From: the human T2T-CHM13v2.0 reference genome, Homo sapiens
DNA: 64,000 nucleotides
NCBI RefSeq assembly: GCF_009914755.1
Contig: NC_060934.1
Reading direction: 5' to 3' (one strand)
Each line of letters begins with the position of its first letter. Within the stretch, counting starts at the first letter, position 1. A model generated the notes under the pieces. The model saw only the letters and a list, made by a program, of their open reading frames with translations. It searched no databases and was not told where the DNA came from. This document shows, in pieces, positions 26,091-41,361 of the stretch. A program made the translations under genes and the position numbers.

Positions 26091-27244
26091 AGAAGTGTGT
26101 GACCATGATGCTAAGGACAACATTCAGCAAAGCCACAAACCAGGAAGAGCAGAGAGATTTTATCTGAAGGGCCAGCTCCTGGTTCATTGGTAATGGCTGA
26201 CCAGAGTACTGTGTGGAAAATAATTTTGAGGCTGTATATAGGATGAGCAGGAAAAGGTGGTACGACTGATTAGCAATGCCTGTCATGGGTGTGGAATTAA
26301 TGTGAGGAATCGTATGCAACACACTTGCACTCCTGCTCTAAACTGATGATTGGAAAGTTCTCTAAAGTGACTGCTAACAGCGTTTATTTCTTTTGTCCCT
26401 GAGTCAAACATATACGTTGTAACCATCTATGTGTGGAGTTAACACCCATAAACCTGGTGCTCAAGAGGGACCTCAGAATTAGAGCAGCTAATGAAAAACA
26501 GGGCAGGAACATTGAGGAAGCCGTGGGGGTCTCCAGCCTCCTGGAACTCTGCTCTTCACAGTCCACACAGTCACGTTCCTCAAGGTCATCATGTGGTCAG
26601 CTCTTTCATAACCACCCCCAATCCCCTGTCCTTATCTCATTTCACTTCTAAGCTTCCAGGCCCAGCTCCTCCAGGCCTACCACGTGATCTTAGAGAAGCC
26701 TTCCCCCACCCCATCTCCAGTTAATTACTTCCCCTCTCTGTACCTTGGTTTCCTCATGGGCATATTTAGGAGTTGGGTTAGATCCATGGTTTGCAGACTG
26801 TGTGCCCAGGAGCCCTGGGGTGTTCAGGAGGAGGAAGGTTAGAGGAATGCCAAGGCATAGGGCTTTGAGAGGCATTATTTTATCTGTTTTAGATATTGTG
26901 CTTTGGCTTAAGATGTCATCTGAAAAAAAAGGGAAAAGGGTCTGCTGCTATAAATAAAAATTAAAGGCTCAAGAACCTCTGGATAAACAAAAGGCCCCCC
27001 TGGAGTCCTTCCAGATATACCATTCTCTGGTGCTGCTTGTTTTGTCTCCCTCTAAAACACCAGCTCTTCTTCTCTTTCCACTTCCTTTCCTCATTTCTTT
27101 TCCCATCCCCTGTCTTCCAAAGAAATGAGTTGCAAATCTCCATCTTAACTTCCAAACTTGAGTTGAGAACCAAACATGAAGCCTGGATCTTTTCATTATG
27201 AGAGGCTCTGAGGTCATGGAAAGGAGAAGGGGACGATAAAGCCA

Positions 27245-27523
27245 AGACGGAGTCTTGCTCTGTCGCCCTGGCTGGAGTCAGTGGTTCAATCTCGGCTCAC
27301 TGCAATCTCCACCTCCCGGGTTGAAGCGATTCTCCTGCCTCAGCCTCCCGAGTAGCTGGGATTACAGGTGCCCACCACCACGCCCGGCTAATTTTCGTAT
27401 TTTTAGTAGAGACGGAGTTTCACCATGTTGGTCTGGCTGGTCTTGAACTCCTGACCTCAGGTGATCCACGCATCTCAGTCTCCCAAAGTGCTAGGATTAC
27501 AGGCGTGAGCCACCACGCCTGGC
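27245..27523 (-). mobile_element. AluS without poly(A) tail
   Basis: Begins directly at agacggagtcttgctc with no T tract; otherwise a full dimer. Confidence 0.93.
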
Positions 27524-28134
27524 GTGTAATCCTTTTTTATAATTGAAAATCACATTGAACCATGGAAAATGTAGTTTGACATCCTAGAGTTGAGAGATAT
27601 TCACCCTTTCCCTCCTCTTAACTGTGCAGTGCAAAATTTCGAGAAATGAGAACATGCTGCTTTGAGTTGTTGTTTTTAATGTCACTGCGATGACTGGACA
27701 GTTTTTATTATTGTTGGCAAGAAAAGGCAGGAGGAACCATTCACATAGGGTTTTCTGCTCAAAATGTACTTTGGAGTTCCATCTTGGGGAATAGGAACCC
27801 TTCTGTTCCTCTTCCCGCTGCAGTTTCACCGAGGTCCCACTGATGTCAACTCCAGAGGACTATGACCGTGTCAGCCGTAAAATATGTCGGTTCGGGAAGA
27901 GGACAAGTTCATTTTCATTATTCCCTGGCGGAGAGAAAGGGCAGAGTTGGTGTGAGGCCTGGGAGGGCGTGTTTGAAGAATGGTGGCCCAAGTCCACCAT
28001 TCCACGCCTGCTCTGCGGGGTCCTCTGGCTGGGGTCTGCCTGGACGTGGCAGAAACCCGCACCCAACGGCCTTTCTCTGCACAAGTTGGGGCAGGACGGC
28101 CAGGCAGACACAGAGCATGCACAGACCTCGCCTG

Positions 28135-28214
28135 CTGATTGGCTGAATCCTGGGGGCAGCACATTCTCCCATTGGCTGTTCCAGGTTGGCACAGGTGGCT
28201 GGAGAGGGCGGGGC
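28135..28214. promoter_or_regulatory. Promoter-like module: two NF-Y CCAAT boxes plus an Sp/KLF GC box
   Basis: ctgATTGGct (28138-28142), ccATTGGct (28171-28175), GGGCGGGGC (28206-28214), within a CpG-enriched unique region ~27830-28510. Confidence 0.55.
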
Positions 28215-28313
28215 TTGTGGTCCGCAAATCCACCTGTCTCACCTGTTCTCTGGTTCCCGAATTCCCCCACCAAGGAAGAGGGGCTGCCTGGACTTCATTA
28301 ATGCCTGGCTCTA

Positions 28314-28970
<657 letters not shown>

Positions 28971-29210
28971 TCATCTTCCATCCTGTTCACCATTTATTTT
29001 GGGGGTCTTTCCCCAGGCACCAAGGCCTGAATCCTATTATCAGAACTTTCATGTTCTGTTGGATCTCCTCTTGAACTGCATTTCCCCTAAAAGGGGCATA
29101 GGAAGTCCCATCTTACAGAAATGGATACCTCATGGCCTTGGGAGTGGCTGATGTGTGCACAAGCTGGACAGGCGGGAGATTGGCACAAGCACGCACTGTT
29201 GATATTGGAA

Positions 29211-29698
<488 letters not shown>

Positions 29699-29759
29699 AT
29701 TCTAGAAAGTCTAACTTGGAAGAGACCCAAGATATACTTTGGTTCAGGAAGTCTCACCA

Positions 29760-29901
29760 GGTGAAGACTCCAGGAGGAATGCAGCCCTGCCAATGCCTTG
29801 ATTTAGACTTCTGACCTCCAGAACTGTAAGATAATAAGCCTGTATTGTATTAAGCCACTAGTTTTGGTAATTTGTTACAGTGGCAATGGATAGCTAACAC
29901 A
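29760..29901 (+). mobile_element. MLT1 (MaLR) LTR 3' fragment
   Basis: cagccctgccaatgccttgatttagacttctgacctccagaactgtaagataataa...ttaagccactag...aatttgttacag...ctaacaca. Confidence 0.8.
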
Positions 29902-30769
29902 GCTACTGTTGGAAGGGTTGGCTCCTGCTGTCACCAGGATCCAAAGAATTGAGAGAAATGGATGACAGGAGCTTATTTCCTTCAAATTATGTTTGTTTCT
30001 TCTGTTGAACAGTGTCCTCCAGCTGCGGGGTCTCTCCTCCCTCAGTAAGTTTTTGACTGTTGTGTGGGATTCCTCTTTGGTAGTTGGAGCAGCCGCTAAT
30101 CTCCCTTGGTGCTCTAGAGAGCTGACCATCACCCCCTATTTCCCTTTACCTTTTTCCCAAGAGGCCTCAGGCACTTCAAGCAGACCGAATTTCCTAGGAT
30201 TTGTCTTAATACTCCAGAGTTCTCCTTTAACACCTAACTTTCCCACTCTCTTCTATGTCACCTCTTCCTTCTATCCCCTCAAAAGTCTGACAAGCAAAGC
30301 CAGAAACTCAAGCAAGAATGGGAATCAAATTTCTGTTTCCCATCAGGAGCAAGGAGGGTTGCCCTCTGATTCCCAGGATTACAAGAGCCACTGAATCACT
30401 CAACCTTTCCCTGTTTCTACAGTTTGAGCAGGCTCTAAAGGCTACATTCTACATGCAGCTCCTTCTTGCTGCCAAGAAAGAAGACCAGGCCCTGACTTCA
30501 TCTAGAGATCCTCAGGGAACATTCTTTCCTAATCATCCTGAGAATCTTTCTGATCATCACAGCACCCACCATTCACCATGCCAAATGAGATAACTTAGTT
30601 ATTCTCTCTTACAAACCCCATGCTTTTGTGTACCCTCATTTATTCATTCTACCATTGAACATTTCCCTAGAATCTCTTGGGTGCCAGACACTGTGCCTAG
30701 TTACTGAAGAAACATATCTCCTATCTGAGGCACCAGGCATATAAGTAAAGAAGAAACCATCTTGGACAG

Positions 30770-30916
30770 TCAAGCACACACCAGATAGAGCGGAAGAACC
30801 ACCCAGCTAAGCCCAATCCAAAATGCTGAATCATGAGAAAAAAAATAATAAACTGTTGTTTTAGGCAACTAAGATTTGGGGGTAGTTTTTTACACAACAA
30901 TAGCTAATTGAAACAT
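30770..30916 (+). mobile_element. MLT1 LTR 3' fragment
   Basis: gaagaaccacccagctaagccc...aataaaactgttgttttaggcaactaag...caatagctaattgaaaca. Confidence 0.7.
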
Positions 30917-33376
30917 TCCCAGACACAACCGCCATCATGAGACTTTAGGTCTTGTCTTTTTGTTTCAACAGGCTCTTCCCAGCTTCTTGGCCAGCTCTCC
31001 CAATCCCCTCCTTGTCAGTTGCTTGTAGTTCTGTAACTGGCAGCAGTGCTGGGATCACCTGCCCAACCAGTTCTTTGTGTGGCCAGGTGTAATTAATTAA
31101 CTAGCCATTTCTGGGCCCCAGACTGGAGATGCCATTGGTCTTCAATCTCCTCCTTTGATGAGGAGCCCTTGAGCTGGACCCATTAAGGGATAGGCAACGA
31201 TGACTAGGGCAATTCCAGACACAGAACCCCACCCCTGCTGTCAGTTACAGATGACCTGATGACACAGTCCCTGGCAAATGACCCTGGTCAGACCTTGGAG
31301 AGCAGAGAAACCTCAAGAGAGACTTCCAGCAAATGGGGAGTCTCATGAGAAACAACAGAAGTGATCATATTTAATATCACAGGCTGGAGACACAGATCAT
31401 GGCAGTTACAGGAAACCATACGTTTTCTGTGGATAAGGTCTCCTGGCCTATTACCTTATTCAAGAAACAATTCAATTATTCAGTCCAGCAAACACTTGTT
31501 AATTCTTGATGACCACAACCAGAAAGGGAAGCCAGAGAAGCAAAAAAGTGATTATGATGCCTTTTGATAGTGTAGAAACAGAAGTACATACGGAGCCCAG
31601 AGACTGCCCTGAGGAGGAAGGGAATGATAATTTCTGGGGGTATTCAGGAAGGCCCCCAGGAGGAGGTGACCATTGAGATGGATTTTGAAGGGCAAATAGG
31701 AGTTCACTAGCCATAAAGGGTAGGGGGTCATCTTTCATGGTTGGTAGCCATGATTTGTGGGTGGGTCTACCTGGTTTAAAAACAGAGGAGCAAAGCCAAC
31801 TTTCTACATGCAGTTCCCAACATGCACACATATTGATCTGATGGTGGGGTGAGGCCAGCTTCTGGACCCATGACCAACTTTGGAGGTCATGACACCCACT
31901 GAGGTCTTGGCAGGAAGCAGCCTTAGAAGGCACAAGTGCTGGTGGAATCGACCAGTTACAAAAGTTATCAACACTATGTGAGTTTTTGTACATGGTGTAG
32001 CAAGACAGAAGGAACCAAGGAAGAACAAATGGAAAACAACACATGCTAAGCTGTTCATCTGCAACTGTTAAGACTCCAAGTAGTGGCAGTGCCAGCTCAG
32101 AGCCCTCCACCTGCTGGAGATGTTTCTACATTGTCTTCACACATGGGCATTCATCCCGCAGTGGGGCTCTCTCTGCCTGAGCCCTGAGGTAAGGTTACAA
32201 GTCCTGAAACCCCATTTGTGGAGACGACCCCTCTAGGGAGCTGGAGCCTGGGGCAACCTCGCTCCTTCCTCCACAGTGAAATAGACTGAACCTCCAGCAC
32301 ACTGACCAGCACAGGTCTTGAATGGTGACTCCTGGTCTAGGGCTGGTCCCTTCTTAGAAAACCCGCCTTTCGATGATGGAGGGCTCTGCCTGGGTATCCA
32401 TTGGAGGGGGCAGCCCTGAGGAAGGAATTACCCCTCTGAAAAGAGCTAATGTCATTCTTGTCACTTTAAATTAACTCTAGCCAAGAGGGACTGACAGAAA
32501 CATGGATCTGGGTGAACTATATTTGACTGATATTCTGTCAAATATTGCATGGGGTTGTGATCCGCAACTTTTCCCATCTGCTGCTCCAGTCTGAGTCGCT
32601 GAATGCACAATGGCATCATTACCATATTTTGTTCAGATTTCCCTCCATCGGATCAGAGCCTGTGAATGTGAAATGTGCCCACAGAAAAAGGCAGCCCTGG
32701 CGAGGTGGGTGCAAGGGCGAGGGTGTCCCTTAGTTCTTCCTAAGGGGAGAGCTGGGAAGGGGTAGGGCTCCCCCGGAAGGCGTCCCGGCCCTCACCCAGG
32801 AAGGTGCACATCCTGGAAACAAAAGAGGAAGGTGGTGGATCAGGAGTAAGGAGTGGGATTAAGATCACACAAACCTGCAGCCTTTAGAAACTAGCTTAAT
32901 CCATTTTATAAAGAGTTGGGAGGGTTTTTCTCTCCGTGAATATAATACCTTGCACATCTGATCAGCGTTTTTCCCAGAACATTTCAAAGCTCTCTGCAAA
33001 TACAGCAAAGTCTCCTTAGATTAGAGCACGGCCTATTATTACCTGGCTTTGGAGACACCCCAGGTCAGCGGGTCACCTGGGGCCTTCTGAAATAAGACAA
33101 TTCCCTACAACAAAAAGCCTGGTGTGATGTGGTTTGTCTAACTAGTGGTTTTCGAACTATGTGAGTCATGGCACCTTTAAAGGAAAAAAAAAAAAAAAGA
33201 AACAGCCTGAAGCTCAATTTCTAATTCAGAACAAAGTGAAATTAGGTTAAAGTAAAGGGTAAAGAAGAGGGTGAGGGGGAGCAAAGAGAGGTCCACCTGA
33301 CACCCCATTCACTAAACCCCCAAGACTCCCAAGACCACAATTTGAAGACTACTGTGGAGGTCACTCCTTCCCCAAC

Positions 33377-33723
33377 CAGAAGCAGATTTTCTGTGAAGTT
33401 AATGAAACTTAAGTTTCTGCAGAGCACCTTCTGTTCCTAGGTACCTCTTCCAAGACTTGGAACTTAATTTTATTTCTCTTATTTTGTGTTGTTTTTAAAA
33501 TGAGGGCCCCCCAAATCATATAAGTGTCACAAAAGACCAGCTACATAATTTGGGCAGCCAAGTGCAAAATAAAAACGTGGGGCCCTTTGTTCAAAAACAA
33601 CTAAAACTTTGAAGATAGCAACACCAGCGCCTTCTTGGCACAGGGCCCTGTGCAACTGTGCAGGTGGCATGTCCATGAAGCCGACCCTGATTTCATGCCC
33701 TACGAAACCTGGATCTGCCCCTT
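33377..33723 (-). mobile_element. MER53 hAT MITE with a perfect 8-bp TSD and a nested MER45A
   Basis: Ends cagaagcagattt...gttaatgaaacttaag and aaacctggatctgcccct; TSD tccccaac at 33369-33376 and 33724-33731. Confidence 0.75.
33531..33689 (-). mobile_element. MER45A (hAT-Tip100) nested in MER53
   Basis: gaccagctacataatttgggcagccaagtgcaaaataaaaacgtggggccctttgttcaaaa...ccatgaagccgaccctg, the reverse complement of MER45A. Confidence 0.8.
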
Positions 33724-35576
33724 TCCCCAACTTTCCAAAGAAATGCCAGTTGATTCAAATAAACCTCAGCCTCTCCTGAGAATTCTCTTATGCCCTAGTG
33801 TGTCAGATTAGTCCACCTTGCAGCACCTGAGACTGAAGCTCCTCCCAAGACAGAGGCGCATGTTTCCTTCCGAACTCTGCTTTCACATGGAAGATTGGCT
33901 TTAAGATGAAGGCCTGCATTTGCAAACAGAAACTATAGCAGACACATAAAATCCATTGTATTTTCAGGCATTCAGATTGGAGCAGAACTTAAGAGAGTGT
34001 GTGGGGTGATCCTAAAAGTCTCAGAGCATTTGACTGAATCATTTCAAGGTGCTCCTTCAGAGCCTGGGCCACATGCATTCCTTTTCTGGGTCGCCTGTGA
34101 TATTAGGGCAATGATAATGATTGAAAACGTGTCTGTTGAGTAAACATAGCCTCTCTTCCAACTAGACAATGTGCTCATGGCACATTGACATGATATGTGT
34201 CATACTCATGGTAATTGACAAACCTTCATATGCTTCTTCCCCTGCCCAGAAAGATCTTTCTAGTACCTCCTTCAATCGAGATTCTGTCTACACGCTGAAC
34301 CCCTGTGGAAGTGGCACCTTCAGGCAGCCCTGCCTTTGAGATGAAGTAGGCTGCTCTGTTTGGGAAGTAAGGGGTGCCCCTTCCTCAAGGGTGTTTGGGT
34401 TAAGGCTGGACATCAATTAGTGAGCACACCCAGCAAAGTCCACCCAGGAAAAAGAAACCAGAAAGTATTGAAAACAGAGGGATGTGAGCGCAGGAATTGG
34501 TTTTTGCAGGAGATGGAAGAGCTGAGAAGCCATACAGGGGCTTCTGAACTGAAGCTTCTGAACTAGGGAGAGGCATTTGAACTTGAGAACTGTAGGGAAC
34601 CTTTCCAGCTCAGGGAGGGGCACTTGGCAGGAACACTCTTTACTTTCCACCACACTTCATATGATAATGGCCGTAGGAAGACTGTTTCTCAACCTCAGTG
34701 AAATTACACTGAAAAATCTTTCCATTGAATATTTAATATCCCACCATGTTAATTTTTCTTTATAACTTAAGAGAATGTTGTGTTTTCTGACTTGCAGATT
34801 CACTTCCTTTTATGAGACAAAAGAAAAAAATAAAATGAAAATGAGAATTATATAACCAATCATGTTTCCTTTTTTGCCTTAGCTACCAGGAAGCTCTAAG
34901 CTAAATTTGAAACTTCCCAGATTTTTAATTATATACCATCCCATTTTATATTTCTTTAAATTCACAATTTTTAAGTTAATACTCTCATGGATTAAATATG
35001 TTATAATATAAGACACCTCAAATACTTCTGAGTAGATAAAGTATACTGTGGCTTCTTTTAAATTTTAGATGATTCCAATGATTCCTACACCTCTAATTCT
35101 TCCCCATGTTTGGTCCCTATCTGCTCCCCTTCCCCCACAAAACTTCCTAGTGATTTGTCATTTTCCCACGTTGAGAAAGCCACAGGCCCTCCCCACTTCT
35201 CCATGGCACTCTCTTGCTCTTAAATTATTGCTGTATCTCTTTCACTTCCCAATTCTCTGCCTTCTTTGGAGATTTCCTCTCCGGCAGGGCATGAACCCTT
35301 TCTAAGCAGTGCCAGCATCATGGGGCCCACTAAAGAGGAAGCCGCAAGTCTGGACAGAGAAGTGAAGGCTCCTGAGGTGGGGGTTGGCACGTGGGCATTA
35401 TTGGCAGCCCTTCTGGGCTTTGGGTCACTGACCTGTGCCACTCACCTTTTGTGACCAATGGATGTCTATGGTGCATATCTGCTTCGCAGTGCAGTGTCCC
35501 CTCCTTTGCTCTTGGTAACAGCACCCCAGTTTTCCTCTGGGGATTGCTCCTCTCCCATTGCATTCAGTCTGGATAG

Positions 35577-35910
<334 letters not shown>

Positions 35911-37069
35911 AGGGCTGTCTTTCAAAGTGCCATGTTCTCCTTGTCCAAGGTACAGCCAGGCAACCTGGCCAAATCCATAAGACTCACTCTTCCAGGGGGG
36001 TAAATTCTGAATGGGGTGACAAGTTAAAGCTCACTATTTTGCCTGCAATCTCCAGTGACCATGTCTGTGAGCTCCTACTACCTCCAACCCCAGAACTGCC
36101 CACATCCTTGTCCTTGCAAGACCTGCTTGCTCAGCTTTTTCTTGAGTCTTTAAGAATGAGTTTCTGTTGCTTGCAGCCATCAAACTCCAAGTGATGCAGG
36201 GTCTGATAGTGGGCAAGGTGTGTAGCCTCTTTGAGCCCTGGATTCTGCATTTATATACTGGAGATACCAGGACATACCTCATGAGGCGAGGGGCAAGGTG
36301 CTTAGTCCATCATGTGTGTTTCACAAATATTTCACCCTTTCTTCCTTGCCCTGCTGAACAAGTGACCTTCAAAAGGTAATGGACTGTACCCACATTCCAC
36401 AGGTGGCCAGTGGCAAACATCGATGGTCAAGTCTCCTGAGACCTCGTGTTGTTCTTCAAGACCTCTCTGCTTTTCAAGCATTTCCTTGAGTCACACAGAT
36501 GGGTGAGCAGTGTTTTATCCATTTCAATGGAGGAAAAGTGAAATTTCTTTAAAAATAAAAACAAAACTTGCCAAAAACTCATCATAAGGAACAAAAGCAA
36601 CAGATTCTCCAGCTGTGGCCCTTTACCAAAAGCTCTGGCCCAAGCTTCTACACAGCAAAGCTGCTACACTCCGTGGACTCCTCTCTCCATCAGACTGCCA
36701 CTGATTTTGTTTTAGAAGCATACGTAGGAAGAGCCTTGGCTTTGAGGGACCTGCTGCCTCCCCTGTGACTCTGTATTGGTAAGCACAGAAGATCCTCAGA
36801 TCCTCCGAGAAGTTCTCAGCAGACATCCTCAGCTCCAGGCCTACCTTCTTCTCCACCCTGCTCAGCATGAACCTAGAGCTGGAGGCAGCTAGCCATGTCT
36901 GGCTGCCTCCCTGGGTCCTCATATGATACTGAGCCAGGTCTCCAGGGAACACTGTTCACATGGACAGAGTCTGAACTCAGTAGTGATGCTCCTGAGTGGG
37001 TTCCACAGGAAACACACCGGCTATTCCAAAGGCCTGCTGGCCACAAAGCCTTCTAACAATAATAAGTAC

Positions 37070-37272
37070 TAGCAGTATCACTGCTGTTTATTGCTTCCTG
37101 TCAGGTGGGAACTAAGTCCATTAGCCCAAGTTCAGTAGCCCTGTTTTACAAATGCAGAAACAGGCTTAGAACAATTAAGAAACTTGATCAAGACCACACA
37201 ATTATTAAGGGATAGAGTCAAGAATTTCACTCAGGTCTCCCTGACTCCAAAGCCTGTGCTCTTAACCACTAT
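37070..37272 (-). mobile_element. MIR
   Basis: ttttacaaatgcagaaacaggcttaga...ttaagaaacttgatcaagaccacac...tgactccaaagcctgtgctcttaaccacta. Confidence 0.8.
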
Positions 37273-37908
37273 AGATGTCTCTAATGCTTCGGAGGGGAGG
37301 CCACCATGACCCCCACTTACAGTCACCAGCTGGGCCCCGGCCGCCCAGAGATCATGCAGAGTGAACAGAACTGATTTCCAGCACTGCTGTTCCATGGCTG
37401 TGTGACTTTCGACCGTCTCATTTCCCCTCTGTTTCTCAGTTCCCTCTTATGAAAGATGGAGGACACTATACCTGCCATGCCTCAGTGGGACAAGATCATC
37501 TATAATGTTCTGCATGGAAGCACCATGAAAGGCATTACCAGCTTGAAGAAAACCAGTGTCTGGAATGAGGCGACACCAGTATGTAGGGAGAGCAATCGGG
37601 AAGCGATAAGAAGGAGATTCACTAGGGGTCTGCTGGGCCGCCTGCTGCAGAGAACGCCTCTAGAATCCTGCACTCCCGTCTTCCTTCCTGCAGCTCAAAG
37701 CTGGCCCACCCTGGAGATGGTACCAGCTGGGGCTCTCCTTCCGGGCCTCAGTGAGGGAGGGGAAGGAGCCAAGAATGGGTCAGTAACCACAGGATTCTTT
37801 GAGTTCACAGAGAGTCTGCCTGCTGTGGGCCTCCAAAGAGTTCTGCCAGTTCTTCCCAAGTCAGCTTGGGCTTAAAGTCCTTCCTGCACCAACTGGGAAG
37901 GAGCTGGA

Positions 37909-37989
37909 GAAGCTCCACCTGGGATGGGAAGCTCGACCTGGGATGGGAAGCTCGACCCGGGATGGGAAGCTCGACCCAGGATGGGAAGC
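37909..37989. repeat. 19-bp minisatellite, ~4.3 copies (gaagctcgacctgggatgg)
   Basis: Units at 37909, 37928, 37947, 37966 plus a partial unit at 37985. Confidence 0.95.
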
Positions 37990-39589
37990 CTACTTTGTGT
38001 TGAACTTCCTATTTTGTCACTCTCTGCAGGCCCAATGACCAGAGAATTTTCTCTGCCCTTTCTGGCAAGATTAGTGGCTTCCCCTCACCCACTCTACCCC
38101 CACCTCCTCATTACAGAACAAAGGAACCTGGCTTCTTCCCGCCAGTCCAGAGAGGGTTCCTAATTGGCTTTCCATTAAAGAGAAAATAGACTACTGTTTC
38201 CACCTCATTATTTATGAGCCTTTCTGGAAGTGCATTTCCATGCACTCTGGGATTACTCACGCCCATTTTGCTTGGCCATATTTTATGATCTGTTTTATTT
38301 ATTCAGGGCCGCTATTGGGTACTCACATCTGAAACCAATTAAAAACCAAGAAATAGGAAAAATCAAATAAACACCTGGCGATGTCCAAACGCAAAGTCTT
38401 CCTGAAGCCTGCTTTTGGTGGGACTGGCATAGCCATGCCACCAATATAGGCCATTGGAAGTGGAGCTTGCTCTCCTAGCAATATTAGGTAACACGGCCAC
38501 ACAAAATGGCAGCCCACAGATGCACAGACCTCCTGCCCACAGAGCTTGGGCTGAAGTTGCCTGGTTCGTTGCTTCCCCTGAGGTCTCCCTGTGCAGGGCA
38601 GGGGTATTACTTATTCATTTTTGTATCCTCCTTTCAGCCTGGCACATAGTAGGAAATCAATAACTCTTTGCTCAGCCTTGTTCTCATAGACACCATGCTT
38701 GCTGTGAGTGCACCTGTGGACACACTGTCTCAAGAGTTTAAAAGGACAATATGGAGAACCATCTCTATGAATTCTGGAGTGGTTTGCCTTTCATAAACAG
38801 TGATTTCAGCTCACTCTGGATGGATTCCTAGGGCTAAACACACTCCCTTTCAATCTCAGGAAAGCAGCTACCAAGCCTGGTTTTCCTAGAATCAGACAGT
38901 CTCACCTTCTGAAACCCTGCGCTCAGCCAGGTACAGATGGGGGTGCCATGGAAAAGAAAGCAGGCACTCCCATCTTTTTCAGGGGAGCCTCAGACCATTC
39001 ACACATCTGCAAAGGGTTTGCTTTGGAGTCTGTGTGCATGGACAGCTCACCCTGCCTCTTGCTTTTCCACATAAAATGTGCAGAAGCCCCCCTTTCATCT
39101 CACCTGCCCTCACCCATCTCCAACTTCAATCTCTGCCAGAATTAAAGGCTCCTCTCTGTCCATTTCCCACCTCCACCCTGGAGAGGCAGCACGTTGCTTG
39201 GTGGTCTCTGTCCTGAAGCCAATGCCACACCCCTCCCATTCCTCTCCTTAGGCTGAGCTGGGTGTGTGGACAGTGTGGACAAGGACAGGAGCAAGTGGGA
39301 GCGGGAGCACCTGCGGGGCAGGCAGATGGGTGGGGGGTGAAAGGCAGCACATGGCAGGACTTTGCAGGGCTTCTGTTGGGATTGAAGAAAATAATAATAC
39401 ACACCACATCTGTTACTTTTTTTTTCTCTCTAGGATATCTATGATGCTTTTTGTAATTAGATTTTATACACATACACACATACACACATTTGGGGATGGA
39501 ACTGGGCCCCTGAATTCTTAGGGATCATGCTGTTTATAGACTTATATCTCCCAATCTCCAGCCTCCCCTAGTAATTTATATAAGTCCTC

Positions 39590-40148
39590 TGTATTAGTCA
39601 GTGTTCTCCAGAGAAATAGAACCAGTTGGATCTAGCTAGCTAGCTAGCTATACACACATAGACAGAGAGAAAGGAAGAGAGAGACAGAGACAGTATGGGA
39701 ATTGGCTCACAAAATTATGGATGCAAAGAAGTCCCATGATCTGCTGTCTGCAACCTGGAGAACCAAAGAAGCTGGTGGTATCATTAAGTTCAAGTCTAAA
39801 GACCAAGTCCGAAGGCCTGAGGACAGGGGAGCAGATAGTGTAAGTCCTGATCTAAGTCCAAAGGCCCAACAACCAGGAGTACCAATGTCCAAGGGCAGGA
39901 AGAGATGGATGTCCCAGCTCAAATAGAAAGAGTGAATTCACCTTTCCTCTGCCTTTTCATTCTACCCGGGCCATCACTGGCTTAGAAGATGCCTGCCCAC
40001 ATTGGTGAGGGCAATCTTCTTTACTGGGTCTACTGATTCAAATGCTAATCTCTTCCACTCCCTCACAGACATACCCAGAAATAGTATTACCAGCTATCTG
40101 GGCATCCCTTAGCCCATGCAAGTTGACACATAAAATTAACCACCATAA
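39590..40148 (-). mobile_element. MLT2B-like ERVL solo LTR
   Basis: tgtattagtcagtgttctccagagaaatagaacc...ggaattggctcac...aagttgacacataaaattaaccacca. Confidence 0.85.
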
Positions 40149-40154
40149 CTATCA

Positions 40155-40193
40155 TTCCTTCCTTCCTTCCTTCCTTCCTTCCTTCCTTCCTTC
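40155..40193. repeat. (TTCC)n microsatellite
   Basis: About 9 tandem ttcc units. Confidence 0.9.
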
Positions 40194-40889
40194 ATTTGTT
40201 CATCAATCAGCCAACCATGTGTTGAATGCCTCTATTGGAAGACACTGGCTGCACATCTGATATAAGCTACCCCGTTGTTAGCTTCCAGCCTGTGCCTTCT
40301 CTTGAGATAATGCATTTCACAGGCTTACTCTTCACTTTGAATGTAAGAACTATGAAAGTCATCAACTCTTGAGACAGGAAAGGAACTAGGAAACTGACAC
40401 ACTCTATTTGTCCACAAACCACTGCTTCCAAATTTGAGGTCTGTTCTCCTATCTCTTGGTCACATTCTGGCAAATATGATCACTTCTTGCTGCCACAAAT
40501 GTCTCGCCTGATGCTTCCAAATATGCAACGCAAAGTTACCCAATCTCCCTGTCCCCTTTCTTCATCAGCACATGGGGACTGATAGTACGGTGAAGATCCA
40601 CGCAGCAAATAGGCAGGTGACTGGGGGGAGTGGAGAGGAGAATGCCCGCACAGCCACAGACAGCTTCCCACTCAGAGAAAGGTCCAGAGTTTGGCAATGT
40701 CAAGGTGGCTGAGTAAACCTGAATTACTCTGTGTGCCCATTATTGGCCCCCTGGGGAAGGCTAAGGATCCCTTCTCAGATTAATGTTTTTAAACAGATAA
40801 AACAAAATCCTAAGATGAGTAATCCAACTATATTAGAATACAGTTATCAAAATATTTTTAAAACTGTAATAGAGTAATTTGTGTGCTAC

Positions 40890-41188
<299 letters not shown>

Positions 41189-41189
41189 C

Positions 41190-41361
41190 TTTTTTTTTTT
41201 TTTTTCAGACAGAGTCTCGCTCTGTTACCTGTCACCCAGGCTGAAGAGCAGTGGAGCGATCTTGGCTCACTGCAACCTGTGCCTCCCAGGTTGAAGAGAT
41301 TCTCGTGCCTCAGCCTCCCAAGTAGCTGAGACTACAGGTGCCCACAACCATGCTTGGCTAA
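41190..41361 (-). mobile_element. Alu right arm only (left arm lost)
   Basis: T tail through ...caaccatgcttggctaa, then an abrupt switch of strand. Confidence 0.88.

Noticed and set aside
31499-32110. Longest ORF in the track (203 aa, minus strand)
   Set aside because: Non-ATG start, no recognisable domain, and partial overlap with degenerate L2-like sequence; consistent with chance.
37909-37989. CRISPR-like regular repeat
   Set aside because: Head-to-tail tandem units without unique spacers, in eukaryotic DNA: a minisatellite.
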